DNA of 60,000 nt, taken from assembly GCF_963921235.1 (NCBI RefSeq), contig NC_086101.1, positions 4,962,001-5,022,000 on the forward strand, in the 5' to 3' direction. Both the position numbers and the translations under genes were made by a program. The DNA is from Mobula hypostoma. Lineage: Eukaryota. Below, one piece after another: positions 44,955-59,300 of this stretch. Within the stretch, counting starts at the first letter, position 1, and each line of letters begins with the position of its first letter. Below the pieces are notes generated by a model. That model searched no databases. It was not told where the DNA came from and worked only from the letters and a program-made list of their open reading frames with translations.

Positions 44955-46800
44955 TTAGAAATACAGGAAACCTACAGCACAATCCAGGCCTTTCGGCCCA
45001 CAAAGCTGTGCCGAACATGGCCTTAGAGAACTACCTCGGCTTAGCCATAGCCCTCTATTTTTCTAAGCTCCGTGTATCCATCCAGGAGTCTCTTTAAAAT
45101 GTTTTGTCTCGCTGTAACATTACCTCATGGCTCTTGAACTCAATCCCATGGTTGATGAATGCCAATACACCATACGCCTTCTTAACAACACTGTCAATCT
45201 GCGCAGCAGCTTTGAGTGTCCTATCGACACGGACCCCAGATCTCTCAGATCCTCCACACTGCCAAGAGTTTTAGCATTTACATTCTGTCTTCAAATTTGA
45301 CCTACCAAAATGAATGCACTTTGCTCTTATCTGGGTTGAAGTCCATCTGCCACTTCTCAGCCCAGTTCTGCATCCTATCGATGTCCCGCTGTAATCTCTG
45401 ACAACCCTCCAGACTGTCCACAACACCCCCAACCTTTGTGTCATCAGCAAACTTACTAACTTCTTCATCTAGGTCATTTATAAAAATCACAAAGGGAGAG
45501 GTCCCAGAACAGATCCCTGTGGAACAGCACTGGTCACCGACCTCCATATAGAATACAAACCATCTACAGCCACCCTTTGCTTTTTGTGGGCAAGCCAATT
45601 CTGGATCCACAAAGCAAGGTCTCCTTGGATCCCTTGCCTCCTTACTTTCTCAATAAACCTTTCACGGGGAACTTTGTCAAATGCCTTACTGAAATCCATA
45701 TACACTACATCCACTGCTCTACCTTCATCAATATGTTTTGTTATATCCTCAAGAATTCAATCAGGCTCGTAAGGCACGACCTGCCCTTGACAAAGCCATG
45801 CTGACTATCCTGAATCAGATTATGTCTCTCCAAATGCTCATAAATCCGGCCTCTCAGGATCTTCTCCAACAACTTGTCCACCACTGAAGTCGTACTCACT
45901 GGTCTATAACTTCCTGGGTTATCTCTACTCCCTTCCTTGAACAAGGGAACAACACTTGCAACCCTCCAATCCTCCGGTACTTCTCCTGTTCCTATTGATG
46001 ATGCAAAGATCATCGCACGAGGCTCAGCGATCTCCTCCCTCTCTTCCCACAGTAGCCTGGGGTATATCTCATTTGGTCCCGGTGACTTATCTAACTTAAT
46101 GCTTTTCAACAGCTCCAGCACATTCTTAATGTCTATATGCTCAAGTGTTTCAGTCTGCTGTAAGTCATCCGCATAATTGCCAAGGTCTTATTTCCTAGTG
46201 AATAATGAAGCAAAGTATTCGTTAAGTACTTCCGCCACCGCCTCTGACTCCATGCACACGTTTCCACTATCACACCTGGTTGGTCCTATGCTCACACAGT
46301 TCATCCTCTTGCTCTTCACACATACTTGCTTGGGGGTTTTCCTTAACCATTTCCTTCTCATGGCCCCTTCTGGCTCTCCGAATTCCATTCCTAAGCTCCT
46401 TCCCAGCAACATTGTAATTTTTGAGAGCTCTAACAGTACCTAGTTTCTTGAACCTTTTGTCTTCTTAACTTGATTTTCTACATCCTTTATGGTTCTTTAA
46501 CCCTACCATCCATTCCCTGCCTCAGTGGAACATACCTATGCAGAATTCCATGCAAAAGTTCCCTGAACATTTCCCACATTTCTGCCGTGCATTTCCCTGA
46601 GAACATCTGCTCCCAAGTTCCTGCTGAATAGCATCATATTTCCCCGCCTACCCCAATTAAATGTTTTCCCAAATTGTCTACTCCTGTCAAATATGACGGT
46701 TCCTGTCCTGTCCCTCTCCAGCGCTATGGTGAAGGAGATAGAGTTGTGGTCACTACCTCCAAAATGCTCTCCCACTGAGAGATCCGACACCTGACCAGGA
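44955..46800 (-). mobile_element. CR1 LINE fragment with an internal deletion near 45100
   Basis: KSPGPNEIYPRLL, PGSYRPVS, YMDFSKAFD, KFADDTK. Confidence 0.9.
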
Positions 46801-47399
46801 TCTCCTGGGGAGAATAGAGGGACATCTCCTGAGAACAGAGATGAGGCAGGCTGTGCTCAGTCTGTGGAATTCATTGTCTCAGAGGGCTGTTGAGGCCGGG
46901 TCATTGGGTATATTTAAAGCAGAGGTAATTGATTAATCCAGGTGTCAAAGGTCACAGTGAGAAGGCAGGAGAACAGGGTTGAGAGCAATAAAAATCAGCC
47001 ATGGTGGAATAATGGAGCGGACTAGATGGGCGGTTTTATAGTGTAATGTTTTAAAACTGAAATAGATGATTCACATTCACTGCAGAGACACACCATAACT
47101 TCAATATTTAAACAAAATCTATTCTGCAAAGAAGAAATTAACACAATTGTTCGAAAGGGTTCTGTGGTCAGAAACCCCAAGTCATTTCAAATCGGTGCAC
47201 TGTGGGCTGATTCCCGTCCTTCCTCCCATCCGCCCGGCTCCCTATCTCTCCGCTCTTCTCCACCGACCCGGCGTTTATCAGTCCCCTCTCCCGCCCCCCC
47301 ACCCAGAACCTCTCACCCTCTCCTCAACTCACCCCTACACCACCCTTCCTCGCTCCTCTTCCACTGCCTCCCCCTCGCTCCTCTTCCCTGCCTCTCTCC

Positions 47400-50300
47400 C
47401 CTCTTCTCCCCACCTCTCTCTCTCTTCCCACTGTTCCCCCACCCCCTCTCTCTCACCCGTTCCCCTGCCTCTCTATCTCTCTCCCCACTATTTTCGCACC
47501 CCTCTCTCTCCCCACTGTTCCCCCACCTCTCTCTCCCCACTATTCCCCAACCCCTCTCTCTCCCCACTATTCCCCTGCCCCTCTCCCCCCACTATTCCCC
47601 CACCCCTCTCTCCCCCCACTATTCCCCCACCCCTCTCTCTCCCCACTATTCCCCTGCCCCTCTCTCGCCCACTATTCCCCCACCCCTCTCTCTCCCCACT
47701 ATTCCCCCACCCCTCTCTCTCACCCATTCCCCTGCCTCTCTATCTCTCCCCCCACTATTCCCCTGCCCCTCTCTCCCCACTATTCCCCCACCCCTTTCAC
47801 CCCCCACTACTCCCCCACCCCTCTCTCCCCCCACTATTCCCCCACCCCTCTCTCCCCCCACTATTCCCCCACCCCTCTCTCTCCCCACTATTCCCCTGCC
47901 CCTCTCTCGCCCACTATTCCCCCGCCCCTCTCTCTCACCCATTCCCCTGCCTCTCTATCTCTCTCCCCACTATTCCCCCCAACTCTCTCCCCCCACTATT
48001 GCCCCTCTCGCTCTCTCCCCACTATTCCCCAACCTCTCTCTCTCCCCCCACTATACCCCACCCCTCTCTTTCCCCACTATTTCCCCACCTCTCTCTCCCC
48101 CACTATTCTGCACCCCTCTCTCTCCCACTATTCCCCCACCCCTCTCTCCCCCACTATTCCCCCACCCCTCTCTCTCCCCACTATACCCCCACATCCTCTC
48201 TCCCCCACTATTGCCCCTCTCACTCTCTCCCCACTATTCCCCAACCTCTCTCTCTCCCCATTATTCCCCACCCCTCTCTCTCCCCACTATTCCCCACCCC
48301 TCTCTCTCCCAACTATTCCCCACCCCTCTCTCTCCCCCCACTATTCCCCACCCCTCTCTCTCCACCCACTATTACCCCACCCCTCTCTCTCCTGCCACTA
48401 TTCCCCTGCCCCTCTCTCTCTCACCCCACTATTCCTCTGCCCCCTCTCTCTCCCCCATTACCCCCCACCCCTCTCTCCCCCCACTACCCCCCACCCCCCT
48501 CTCCCCCCTATCCCACACCCCTCTCTCCCCCCACTACCCCCCACCCCTCTCTCCCCCCACTATTCCCCGTCCCTCTCTCCCCCCACTATTCCCCTGTCCC
48601 TCTCTCCCCCCCACTATTCCCCCGCCCCTCTCTCCCCCCACTATTCCCCCACCCCTCTCTCTCCCCACTATTCCCCCACCCTCTCTCTCCCCACTATTCC
48701 CCCATGCCCCTCTCCCCCCACTATTCCCCCACCCCTCTCTCTCCTCACTATTCCCCCGTCCCTCTCCTCCAATATTCCCCCACCCCTCTCTCTCCACACT
48801 ATTCCCCCGTCCCTCTCTCCCCCCACTACTCCCCCACCCCTCTCTCTCCCCACTATTCCCCCACCCCTCTCTCTCTCCCCACTATTCCCCCACCCCTCTC
48901 TCTCCCCACTATTCCCCCACCCCTCTCTCTCACCCCACTATTCCCCCACCCCTCTCTCTCCCCACTATTCCCCCACACCCTCTCTCTCCCCACTATTCCC
49001 CCACCCCTCTCTCCCCCCACTATTCCCCCACCCCTCTCTCTCTCAACTATTCCCTCACCCCTCTCTCCTCACTATTCCCCCACCCCTCTCTCTCCCCCAC
49101 TACCGCCACCCCTTTCTCCCCACACCCCCTCTCGCCCCCACTATGCCCCACCCCCTCTCCCCCAGCCCTCTCTCTCCCCACTATTCCCCTGTCCCTCTCT
49201 CCCCAGTATTCCCCCACCCCTCTCTCTCCTCACTATTCCCCCGTCCCTCTCCTCCAATATTCCCCCACCCCTCTCTCTCCACACTATTCCCCCGTCCCTC
49301 TCTCCCCCCACTACTCCCCCACCCCTCTCTCTCCCCACTATTCCCCCACCCCTCTCTCTCTCCCCACTATTCCCCCACCCCTCTCTCTCCCCACTATTCC
49401 CCCACACCTCTCTCTCCCAACTATTCCCCACCCCTCTCTCTCCCCCACTATTCCCCACCCCTCTCTCTCCCCCCACTATTCCCCCACCCCTCTCTCTCCC
49501 CCCACTATTCCCCCACCCCTCTCTCTCCCCCCACTATTCCCCCACCCCTCTCTCTCCTGCCACTATTCCCCCGCCACTCTCTCTCTCTCCCTACTATCCA
49601 CCACCCCTCTCTCCCCCCACTACCCCCCACCCCTCTCACCCCCACTATTCCCCCATCCCTCTCCCCCCACTATTCCCCTGTCCCTCTCTTCCGCCACTAT
49701 TCCCCCATCCCTCTCTCCCCCACTATTCCCCCGTCCCTCTCTCCCCCCCACTATTCCCCCACCCCTCTCTCTCCCCACTATTCCCCCACCCCTCTCTCCC
49801 CACTATTCCCCACCCCTCTCTCTCCCCCCACTATTCCCCCACCCCTCTCTCTCCCCACTATTCCCCCACCCCTCTCTCCCCACTATTCCCCTGCCCCTCT
49901 CTCGCCCACTATTCCCCCACCCCTCTCTCTCCCCACTATTCCCCCACCCCTCTCTCTCACCCATTCCCCTGCCTCTCTATCTCTCCCCCCACTATTCCCC
50001 TGCCCCTCTCTCCCCACTATTCCCCCACCCCTTTCACCCCCCACTACTCCCCCACCCCTCTCTCCCCCCACTATTCCCCCACCCCTCTCTCCCCCCACTA
50101 TTCCCCCACCCCTCTCTCTCCCCACTATTCCCCTGCCCCTCTCTCGCCCACTATTCCCCCGCCCCTCTCTCTCACCCATTCCCCTGCCTCTCTATCTCTC
50201 TCCCCACTATTCCCCCCAACTCTCTCCCCCCACTATTGCCCCTCTCGCTCTCTCCCCACTATTCCCCAACCTCTCTCTCTCCCCCCACTATACCCCACCC

Positions 50301-53300
50301 CTCTCTTTCCCCACTATTTCCCCACCTCTCTCTCCCCCACTATTCTGCACCCCTCTCTCTCCCACTATTCCCCCACCCCTCTCTCCCCCACTATTCCCCC
50401 ACCCCTCTCTCTCCCCACTATACCCCCACATCCTCTCTCCCCCACTATTGCCCCTCTCACTCTCTCCCCACTATTCCCCAACCTCTCTCTCTCCCCATTA
50501 TTCCCCACCCCTCTCTCTCCCCACTATTCCCCACCCCTCTCTCTCCCAACTATTCCCCACCCCTCTCTCTCCCCCCACTATTCCCCACCCCTCTCTCTCC
50601 ACCCACTATTACCCCACCCCTCTCTCTCCTGCCACTATTCCCCTGCCCCTCTCTCTCTCACCCCACTATTCCTCTGCCCCCTCTCTCTCCCCCATTACCC
50701 CCCACCCCTCTCTCCCCCCACTACCCCCCACCCCCCTCTCCCCCCTATCCCACACCCCTCTCTCCCCCCACTACCCCCCACCCCTCTCTCCCCCCACTAT
50801 TCCCCGTCCCTCTCTCCCCCCACTATTCCCCTGTCCCTCTCTCCCCCCCACTATTCCCCCGCCCCTCTCTCCCCCCACTATTCCCCCACCCCTCTCTCTC
50901 CCCACTATTCCCCCACCCTCTCTCTCCCCACTATTCCCCCATGCCCCTCTCCCCCCACTATTCCCCCACCCCTCTCTCTCCTCACTATTCCCCCGTCCCT
51001 CTCCTCCAATATTCCCCCACCCCTCTCTCTCCACACTATTCCCCCGTCCCTCTCTCCCCCCACTACTCCCCCACCCCTCTCTCTCCCCACTATTCCCCCA
51101 CCCCTCTCTCTCTCCCCACTATTCCCCCACCCCTCTCTCTCCCCACTATTCCCCCACCCCTCTCTCTCACCCCACTATTCCCCCACCCCTCTCTCTCCCC
51201 ACTATTCCCCCACACCCTCTCTCTCCCCACTATTCCCCCACCCCTCTCTCCCCCCACTATTCCCCCACCCCTCTCTCTCTCAACTATTCCCTCACCCCTC
51301 TCTCCTCACTATTCCCCCACCCCTCTCTCTCCCCCACTACCGCCACCCCTTTCTCCCCACACCCCCTCTCGCCCCCACTATGCCCCACCCCCTCTCCCCC
51401 AGCCCTCTCTCTCCCCACTATTCCCCTGTCCCTCTCTCCCCAGTATTCCCCCACCCCTCTCTCTCCTCACTATTCCCCCGTCCCTCTCCTCCAATATTCC
51501 CCCACCCCTCTCTCTCCACACTATTCCCCCGTCCCTCTCTCCCCCCACTACTCCCCCACCCCTCTCTCTCCCCACTATTCCCCCACCCCTCTCTCTCTCC
51601 CCACTATTCCCCCACCCCTCTCTCTCCCCACTATTCCCCCACACCTCTCTCTCCCAACTATTCCCCACCCCTCTCTCTCCCCCACTATTCCCCACCCCTC
51701 TCTCTCCCCCCACTATTCCCCCACCCCTCTCTCTCCCCCCACTATTCCCCCACCCCTCTCTCTCCCCCCACTATTCCCCCACCCCTCTCTCTCCTGCCAC
51801 TATTCCCCCGCCACTCTCTCTCTCTCCCTACTATCCACCACCCCTCTCTCCCCCCACTACCCCCCACCCCTCTCACCCCCACTATTCCCCCATCCCTCTC
51901 CCCCCACTATTCCCCTGTCCCTCTCTTCCGCCACTATTCCCCCATCCCTCTCTCCCCCACTATTCCCCCGTCCCTCTCTCCCCCCCACTATTCCCCCACC
52001 CCTCTCTCTCCCCACTATTCCCCCACCCCTCTCTCCCCACTATTCCCCACCCCTCTCTCTCCCACCCCCCATTCCCCCACCCCTCTCTCTCCCCACTATT
52101 CCCCACCCCTCTCTCTCCCCCACTATTCCCCACCCCTCTCTCTCCCCCCACTATTCCCCCACCCCTCTCTCCCTCTCCCCACTATTCCCCCGTCCCTCTC
52201 TCCCCCCACTATTCCCCCACCCCTCTCTCTCCCCACTATTCCCCACCCCTCTCTATTCCCCACCCCTCTCTCTCCCCCCACTATTCCCCCCCCCTCTCTC
52301 TCCCACTATTCCCCCCCCCTCTCTCTCCCCCCACTATTCCCCCACCCCTCTCTCTCTCCCCACTATTCCCCCCCCCCCTCTCTCCCCCCACTATTCCCCC
52401 ACCCCTCTCTCGCCCCCCACTATTCCCCCACCCCTCTCTCCCCCCACTATTCCCCCACCTCTCTCTCCCCCCACTACCCCCCACCCCTCTCTCCCCCCAC
52501 TACCCCCACCCCTCTCTCCCCCACTATTCCCCCACCCCTCTCTCTCCCCACTATTCCCCCACCCCTCTCTCTCCCAACTATTCCCCCACATCCTCTCCCC
52601 CCACTATTGCCCCTCTTACTCTCTCCGCACTATTCCCCCACCCCTCTCTCTCCCCATTATTCCCCACCCCTCTCTCATTCCCACCCCTCTTCTCCCCACT
52701 ATTCCCCCACCCCTCTCTCTCCCCACTATTCCCCCACCCCTCTCTCTCCCCACTATTCCCCCACCCCTCTCCCCACTATTCCCCACCCCTCTCTCTCCCC
52801 CCACTATTTCCCACCCCTCTCTCTCCCCCCACTATTTCCCCACCCCTCTCTCTCCCCCATTCCCCACCCCTCTCTCTCTCCCCACTATTCCCCCACCCCT
52901 CTCTCTCTCCCCCCCACTATTCCCCTGGCCCCCCCTCTCCCCCTCCCCACTATTCCCCACCCCTCTCTCCCACTATTCCCCCACCTCTCTCTCCCCCGAC
53001 TACCCCCACCCCTCTCTCCCCCCACTATTCACCACCCCTCTCTCCCCCACTAACCCCACCCCTCTCTCTCCCCACTATTCCCCCACCCCTCTCTCTCCCC
53101 ACTATTCCCCCACACCCTCTCTCTTCCAACTATTCCCCCACATCCTCTCCCCCCACTATTGCCCCTCTCACTCTCTCCCCACTATTCCCCAACCTCTTTC
53201 TCTCCCCACTATTCCCCACCACTCTCTCACCACAATTCCCCACCCCTCTCTCTCCCCCACTATTCCCCACACCTCTCTCTCCCCCCACTATTCCCCCACC

Positions 53301-56300
53301 CCTCTCTCCCCCCACTATTCCCCCACCCCTCTCTCTCCCCACTATTCCCCCACCCCTCTCTCCCCACTATTCCCCACCCCTCTCTCTCCCCCCACTATTC
53401 CCCACCCCTCTCTCTCCCCCCACTATTCCCCCACCCCTCTCTCTCCTGCCACTATTCCCCCACCCTCTCTCTCTCCCCCACTATTCCCCCGCCCCCCCTC
53501 TCTCTCCCCACTATTCCCCTGCCCCCCTCTCTCTCCCCCCACTACCCCCACCCCTCTACCCCCACTATCCCCCACCCCTCTCTCTCCCCACTATTCCCCC
53601 GTCCCTCTCTCCTCCCACTATTCCCCTGTCCCTCTCTCCCCCCACTATTCCCCCGTCCCTCTCTCCCACCACAATTCCCCCACCACTCTCTCCCCCACTA
53701 CCCCCACCCCTCTCTCCCCCACTATTCCCCCACCCATCTCTCCCCCACTATTCCCCCACCCCTCTCTCCCCCACTATTCCCCCACCCCTCTCTCTCCCCC
53801 CCACTTTCCCCCCCCCTCTCTCTCCCCCATTATTCCCCACCCCTCTCTCTCCCCCCACTATTCCCCCCCTCTCTCTCCCCACTATTCCCCCACCCTCTCT
53901 CTCTCCCCCACTATTCCCCCGCCCCCTCTCTCTCTCCCCACTATTCCCCTGCCCCCCTCTCTCTCCCCCACTATTCCCCCCCCTCTCTCTCTCCCCCACT
54001 ATTCCCCCCCTCTCTCCCCCTCCCCCACTATCCCCCACCTCTCTCTCCCCCCACTATCCCCCACCTCTCTCTCCCCCACTATCCCCCACCTCTCTCTCTC
54101 CCCCACTATCCCCCACCTCTCTCTCTCCCCCACTATCCCCCACCTCTCTCTCCCCCACTATCCCCCACCCCTCTCTCTCCCCCCACTTCCCCCCTCTCTC
54201 TCCCCACTATCCCCACCCTCTCTCCCCCACTATCCCCCCCTCTCTCTCCCCCCACTACCCCCACCCCTCTCTCCCCCACTTCCCCCTCCCCCACTATCCC
54301 CCACCCCTCTCCCCCCACTATTCCCCCGTCCCTCTCTCCCCACTATTCCCCTCCCTCTCTCTCCCCACTATTCCCCCCCCTCTCTCCCCCACTATCCCCA
54401 CCCTATCTCCCCTACCCCCCCCTCTCCCCCCCACTATTCCCCCCCCTCTCTCCCCCACTATTCCCCCCCTCTCTCTCCCCCACTATTCCCCCCCCCTCTC
54501 TCTCCCCACTATTCCCCCACCCCTCTCTCTCCCCCCACTATTCCCCCACCCCTCTCTCTCCCCACTATTCCCCCACCCCTCTCTCTCCCCACTATTCCCC
54601 CACCCTCTCCCCCCACTATCCCCCACTATCTCCCACCACCTCTCCCCCCCACTATCCCCCAACCCTCTCCCCCCACTATCCCCCACCCCTCTCTCTCCCC
54701 ACTATTCCCCCCCTCCTCTCTCTCCCCACTATTCCCCCGTCCCTCTCTCTCCCCCACTATTCCCCCACGTCCCTCTCTCTCCCCCCACTATTCCCCCGTC
54801 CCTCTCTCCCCCCAACATTCCCCCGTCCCTCTCTCCCCCCATTCCCCCGCCCCTCCCCCCACATTCCCCCACCCCTCTCTCTCCGCACTATTCCCCCACA
54901 TCCTCTCTCCCCCCACTATTGCCCCTCTCACTCTCTCCCCATTATTCCCCAACCTCTCTCTCTCCCCACTATTCACCCACATCCTCTCTCCCCCCACTAT
55001 TGCCGCTCTCACACTCTCCCCACTATTCCCCAACCTCTCTCTCTCCCCACTATTCCCCAACCTCTCTCTCTCCCCACTATTCCCAACCCCTCTGTCCCCA
55101 CTATTCCCCACCCCTCTCTCTCCCCCCATTATTCCCCACCCCTCTCTCCCCCACTATCCCCCACCCCTCTCTCCCCCACTATCCCCCACCTCTCTCTCCC
55201 CCACCTCTCTCTCCCCCCCACTATCCCCCACCTCTCTCTCTCCCCCACTATCCCCCACCTCTCTCTCCCCCACTATCCCCCACCTCTCTCTCCCCCACTA
55301 TCCCCCACCTCTCTCCCCCACTATCCCCCACCTCTCTCTCTCCCCCACTATCCCCCACCTCTCTCTCCCCCCACTATCCCCCACCTCTCACTCTCCCCCA
55401 CTATCCCCCACCTCTCTCTCCCCCACTATCCCCCACCTCTCTCTCCCCCACTATCCCCCACCTCTCTCTCCCCCCACTATCCGCCACCTCTCTCTCTCCC
55501 ACACTATCCCCCACCTCTCTCTCTCCCCCACTATCCCTCACCTCTCTCTCCCCCACCTCTCTCTCCCCCACTATCCCCCACCTCTCTCTCCCCCCACTAT
55601 CCCCCACCTCTCTCTCTCCCCCACTATCCCCCACCTCTCTCTCTCCCCCACTATCCCCCACCTCTCTCTCCCCCACTATCCCCCACCTCTCTCTCCCCCA
55701 CTATCCCCACCTCTCTCTCCCCCACTATCCCCCACCTCTCTCTCCCCCACTATCCCCCACCTCTCTCTCCCCCCACTATCCCCCACCTCTCTCTCTCCCC
55801 CACTATCCCCCACCTCTCTCTCTCCCCCACTATCCCCCACCTCTCTCTCTCCCCCACTATCCCCCACCTCTCTCTCTCCCCCACTATCCCCCACCTCTCT
55901 CTCCCCCACTATCCCCCACCTCTCTCTCCCCCACTATCCCCCACCTCTCTCTCCCCCACTATCCCCCACCTCTCTCTCTCCCCCACTATCCCCCACCTCT
56001 CTCTCCCCCCACCCCCACCCCTCTCTCCCCCCAGTATCCCCCACCCCTCTCTCCCACACTACCCCCCACTCCTCTCTCTCCCCACTATTCCCCCACCCCT
56101 CTCTCTCCCCCCACTATTCCCCCACCCCTCTCTCTCCCCACTATTCCCCCACACCCTCTCTCCCCCACTACCCCTACCCCTCTCTCTCCCCACTATTCCC
56201 CCACCCCTCTCTCTCCCCCCTATTCCCCCACCCCTCTCTCTCCCCCCACTATTCCCCCACCCCTCTCTCTCCCCACTATTCCCCCACACCCTCTCTACCC

Positions 56301-59300
56301 CCACTATCCCCCACCACCTCTCTCCCCCACTATCCCCCACCCCTCTCCCCCCACCACCTCTCCCCCCACTATCCCCCACCCCTCTCCCCCACTATCCCCC
56401 ACCCCCTATCTTCCACTATTCCCCACCCTCCTCTCTCCCCCCACTATCCCCCACCCCCTATCTTCCACTATTCCCCACCCTCCTCTCTCCCCACTATTCC
56501 CCAACCTCCTCTCTCCCCACTATTCCCCCACGCCCCTCTCCCCCCTCTATTCCCCCGTCCCTATCCCCCCAATATTCCCCCGCCCCTCTCTCTCCCCACT
56601 ATTCCCCCGTCCCTCTCTCTCCTCACTATTCCCCCACCCCTCTCTCTCCCCACTATTCCCCGTCCCTCTCTCCCCACTATTCCCCGTCCCTCTCTCCCCC
56701 CACTATTCCTCCACCCCTCTCTCCCCCCACTATTCCCCCGTCCCTCTCTCCCCCCACTATTCCCCCACCCCTCTCTCCCCCCACTATTCCCCCACCCCTC
56801 TCTCCCCCCACTATTCCCCCACCCCTCTCTCCCCACTATTCCCCCACCCCTCTCTCCCCCCCTATTCCCCCACCCCTCTCCCCCCCACTATTCCTCCCAA
56901 CTCTCTCCCCACGATCCCCCACCCCTCTCTCCCCCACTATTCTCCTACCCCCTCACTATTCCCCCACCCCCCTCTCCCCACTATTCCCCCACCCCACTCT
57001 CTCTCTGCACTATTCCCCCACCTTTTTCTCCCCCCACCCCTCTCTCTCTCCACTATTCCCCCACCCCTCCCTCTCCCCCCACTATTCCCCCACCCCTCTC
57101 TCTCCCGCCACTATTCCCCCACCCATCTCCCCCCTCTCTCCCCCCCACTATTCCCCCACCCCTCTCTCTCTCCCCACTATTCCCCCACCCCTCTCTCCCC
57201 CCACTATTCCCCCACACCCACCCCCACTATTCCCCCACCCCTCTCTCTCTCCCCACTATTTCCCCCCCTCTCTCCCCCCACTATTCCCCCACACCTCTCT
57301 CCCCCCACTATTCCCCCACCCCCACCCCCACCCCCACTATTCCCCCACCCCTCTCTCTCTCCCCACTATTTCCCCACCTCTCTCTCCCCCACTATTCCGC
57401 ACCCCTCTCTCTCCCACTATTCCCCACCCCTCTCTCTCCCCACTATTCCCCCACCCCTCTCTCTCCCCACTATTACCCCACATCCTCTCTCCCCCTACTA
57501 TTGCCCCTCTCACTCTCTCCCCACTATTCACCCACATCCTCTCGCCCCCCACTATTTCCGCTCTCACTCTCTCCCCACTATTCCCCAACCTCTCTCTCTC
57601 CCCACTATTCCCAACCCCTCTGTCCCCACTATTCCCAACCCCTCTGTCCCCACTATTCCCCACCCCTCTCTCTCCCCCCACTATTCCCCACCCCTCTCTC
57701 CCACACTATCCCCCACCTCTCTCTCCCCCACTATCCCCCACCTCTCTCTCCCCCCCACTATCCCCCACTATCCCCCACCTCTCTCTCCCCACTATCCCCC
57801 ACCTCTCTCTCCCCCCCACTATCCCCACCTCTCTCTCCCCCCCACTATCCCCCACCTCTCTCTCCCCCACTATCCCCCACCTCTCTCTCCCCCCCACTAT
57901 CCCCCACCTCTCTCTCCCCCCCACTATCCCCCACCTCTCTCTCCCCCACTATCCCCCACCTCTCTCTCCCCCCCCACTATCCCCCACCTCTCTCTCTCCC
58001 CCACTATCCCCCACCTCTCTCTCCCCCACTATCCCCCACCTCTCTCTCCCCCCCACTATCCCCCACTATCCCCCACCTCTCTCTCCCCCACTATCCCCCA
58101 CCTCTCTCTCCACCCCCACTATCCCCCACCTCTCTCTCTCCCCCACTATCCCCCACCTCTCTCTCCCCCACTATCCCCCACCTCTCTCTCCCCAACTATC
58201 CCCCACGCCTCTCTCTCTCCCCACTATCCCCCGCCTCTCTCTCCCCCACTATCCCCCACCTCTCTCTCCCCCACTATCCCCCACCTCTCTCTCCCCCACT
58301 ATCCCCCACCTCTCTCTCCCCCACTATCCCCCACCTCTCTCTCCCCCACTATCCCCCACCTCTCTCTCCCCCCACTATCCCCCACCTCTCTCTCCCCCCA
58401 CTATCCCCCACCTCTCTCTCCCCCCCCTATCCCCCACCTCTCTCCCCCCCCACTCCCCCACCTCTCTCTCTCCCCCACTATCCCCCACCTCTCTCTCCCC
58501 CACTATCCCCCACCTCACTCTCCCCCACTATCCCCCACCTCTCTCTCCCCCACTATCCCCCACCCCTCTCCCCCCACTATCCCCCACCCCCTATCTTCCA
58601 CTATTCCCCACCCTCCTCTCTCCCCCCACTATCCCCCACCCCCTATCTTCCACTATTCCCCACCCTCCTCTCTCCCCACTATTCCCCAACCTCCTCTCTC
58701 CCCACTATTCCCCCACGCCCCTCTCCCCCCTCTATTCCTCCGTCCCTCTCTCTCCTAACTATTCCCCCGTCCCTATCCCCCCAATATTCCCCTGCCCCTC
58801 TCTCTCCCCACTATTCCCCCGTCCCTCTCTCTCCCCACTATTCCCCCACCCCTCTCTCTCTCCCCACTATTCCCCCACCCCTCTCTCTCCTCATTATTCC
58901 CCCACCCCTCTCTCTCCCCACTATTCCCCGTCCCTCTCTCCACACTATTCCCCGTCCCTCTCTCCCCACTATTCCCCGTCCCTCTCTCCCCCCACTATTC
59001 CTCCACCCCTCTCTCCCCCCACTATTCCCACGTCCCTCTCTCCCCACTATTCCCCCACCCCTCTCTCTCCCCCCACTATTCCCCCACCCCTCACTCCCCC
59101 CACTATTCCCCCACCCCTCTCTCCCCACTATTCCCCCACCCCTCTCTCCCCACCATTCCCCCACCCCTCTCTCACCCCCACTATTCCTCCCAACTCTCTC
59201 CCCAATATCCCCCACCCTCTCCCCCCACTATCCCTACCCCCTCACTATTCCCCCACCCCCTCTCCCCACTATTCCCCCACCCCACTCTCTCTCTGCACTA

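Noticed and set aside
47147..58758. 1968-aa and 3864-aa Pro/Ser/Leu-rich ORFs (extensin-like)
   Set aside because: They are translations of the C-rich satellite, which rarely forms stop codons. Two frames are open at once, the starts are non-ATG and there is no domain.
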